This document shows positions 62,423 to 64,000 of a stretch of 64,000 bases of DNA, one piece after another. A program made the translations under genes and the position numbers. The stretch's first letter is position 1; each line of letters opens with the position of its first letter. Where the stretch lies: positions 1-64,000 of the forward strand of contig CAZZIO010000029.1 of NCBI GenBank assembly GCA_964654465.1. The letters run 5' to 3'. Source of the stretch: an uncultured Dictyoglomota bacterium. Its GTDB lineage: Bacteria; Dictyoglomota; Dictyoglomia; Dictyoglomales; Dictyoglomaceae. The notes under the pieces were generated by a model, which saw only the letters and a program-made list of their open reading frames with translations, ran no database searches and was not told the origin of the DNA.

Positions 62423-63268
62423 ATGGAAAATAATGTTTTGGAAAAAATAAAGGAGAAAAAACATTTATTTAGAGAGTCAGAGGAAAAAGTTGCTAATTAT
62501 ATATTGACTCGTTGGCAAGAAGTTTTGCACCTTCCAATTACAGAATTAGCTGAAAGAATTGGGGTTAGCGAGGCTACTATAGTAAGAATGTGTAAAAAAA
62601 TGGGTTTTAGAGGTTTCCAGGAATTAAAAATAGCGTTGGCTATGGATAAGATTCAACCTATAAAAACAGTACATCAGGCTGTTCAGGAAGGGGATGATTT
62701 GGAAACAATTTTAAAGAAGATTTTTTCAGCAAATATAAGAGCCATGGAAGCTACTTTGAATGTATTATCTGTGAATGAACTTGAAAGGGCTATTGATGCT
62801 CTTTGTAATGCAAGGCAAATTCAAATATATGGAGTTGGTGGCTCTGGTCCTGTTGCCCTTGATGCTCAGCACAAGTTCATGAAAACAGGTATTCCTACAG
62901 TAGCCTATATAGATAGTCATATGATGGCTATGTCTGCTAGTATTTTAGAACCTCAGGATGTTGCTATTGGAATATCAGCATCTGGTAGTAGTAAAGATAT
63001 AGTGGAAGCACTGGCATTAGCAAAAGAAAGAGGTGCCACAACTATAGGGATTACACACTATGCTAAAACCCCTATGGATAGAGTTTTAGATATTAAACTA
63101 TCTGTATCCTCTGAAGAGACTTTCTATAGAACTGAAAGTACTTCAGCTAGGATTGCTCAACTTTCAATAATAGATACTCTTTATATTGGTGTTGCTCTAA
63201 AAAGATTAGATAAGACTATAGAAAACTTGAGGCTTACTCGAGAGGCAATAGTTCCTAAGAGATTTTAA
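62423..63268 (+). CDS. RpiR/MurR family regulator (HTH + SIS)
   Basis: ITELAERIGVSEATIVRMCKKMGFRGFQELK, YGVGGSG, ISASG, SARIAQL; ATG 62423 follows GAGGTG. Confidence 0.95.
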   Translation: MENNVLEKIKEKKHLFRESEEKVANYILTRWQEVLHLPITELAERIGVSEATIVRMCKKMGFRGFQELKIALAMDKIQPIKTVHQAVQEGDDLETILKKIFSANIRAMEATLNVLSVNELERAIDALCNARQIQIYGVGGSGPVALDAQHKFMKTGIPTVAYIDSHMMAMSASILEPQDVAIGISASGSSKDIVEALALAKERGATTIGITHYAKTPMDRVLDIKLSVSSEETFYRTESTSARIAQLSIIDTLYIGVALKRLDKTIENLRLTREAIVPKRF

Positions 63269-63286
63269 AAGAAGGGAGCGAGGCGT

Positions 63287-64000
63287 TTGGGATTTAAAGT
63301 ACTTATTACTCCGAGAAGCTTTGAACATATAAAAGATAAGTTTTGGGGGTTGTTAAAAGATGCAGAGATAGAAGTTGTCATGAATCCCTATGGTAGGGTT
63401 ATTAAAGAAGATGAAATGGTAGAACTTGTTAGAGATATGGATGGAATTATTGTTGGTATAGATCCAATAACAAAAAAAGTAATTGATAATGCAAGAAAAT
63501 TAAAGGTCATTTCAAAATATGGGGTTGGTGTTGATAATATAGATTTAGAGGCAGCAAAAGAGAGAAATATTGTTGTTACAAATACTCCCAATGCTAATAG
63601 TAATGCAGTGGCAGAGTTAACTGTAGGTTTAATTATCTCTGTATTAAGAAACATTCCCCTTTCTGATAGGAGGGTAAGGGAAAAGAAATGGGATAGATTC
63701 ATAGGTTATGAATTATATGGAAAAACCCTTGGAGTAATAGGTACAGGAAGTATAGGAAAAAGGGTTATAAAGTTATTAAGAGGCTTTGATTTAAATATCC
63801 TTTGTTACGATAAGTTTCCAGACTATGAATGGGCAGAGAAAGAAAATGTTAAATATGTAGATTTCAACGAGTTATTAAAGAGGTCAGATATTATAACTAT
63901 TCACATTCCATTAACAGAAGAAACAAGACATTTAATTTCTGAGAGAGAACTATCATTGATGAAGAAAACAGCAATAATAATAAACACATCGAGAGGTGGA
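63287..64000 (+). CDS. D-2-hydroxyacid / phosphoglycerate dehydrogenase family, 3' end outside the window
   Basis: TTG start; KVLITPRSF, SKYGVGVDNID, NTPNANSNAVAE, GVIGTGSIG, HIPLTEET, INTSRGG; frame open to the edge. Confidence 0.92.
   Translation, partial: MGFKVLITPRSFEHIKDKFWGLLKDAEIEVVMNPYGRVIKEDEMVELVRDMDGIIVGIDPITKKVIDNARKLKVISKYGVGVDNIDLEAAKERNIVVTNTPNANSNAVAELTVGLIISVLRNIPLSDRRVREKKWDRFIGYELYGKTLGVIGTGSIGKRVIKLLRGFDLNILCYDKFPDYEWAEKENVKYVDFNELLKRSDIITIHIPLTEETRHLISERELSLMKKTAIIINTSRGG

Overview
AT-rich core-chromosome segment of a thermophilic bacterium. Reverse gyrase, a DnaK lacking the proteobacterial N-terminal insert, several archaeal-type genes and mannan-degrading enzymes point to a Dictyoglomus/Thermotogae-like anaerobe (inference, not a database match). 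In order it holds: a CIRCE-controlled grpE-dnaK-dnaJ operon; recF-rgy-murT-gatD; a short bacterioferritin with a Per-box-like site; apgM; a diguanylate cyclase; a secreted DUF4384/5xPEGA protein with a CRP-like site; zf-TFIIB-hflK-hflC; an isolated dnaA with no visible DnaA-box cluster; crp-rluD; rqcH; a ROK-regulated sugar ABC transporter; glgP; GH2, GH130 and GH1 (gluco)mannan enzymes; tRNA-Asn; a radical SAM/HhH gene; an MFS-AEC-DUF401-nucleotidase-pyk-ftsB string; argF; a CHASE2 Ser/Thr kinase facing a membrane FHA protein; argG-C-J-D-carA-carB-argH without argB; an nrpR operon; and an RpiR-led operon running off the right edge. I saw no mobile element, CRISPR array or defence island. Best leads: (1) a 35-aa K/R-rich gene missing from the ORF track, with its own promoter and RBS, resembling eL41(eS32)/bS22-type small ribosomal proteins; (2) the kinase/FHA pair and NrpR unit bracketing the arg operon; (3) an anti-SD inverted repeat enclosing the beta-mannosidase promoter. 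All assignments come from reading motifs by eye; no searches were run.
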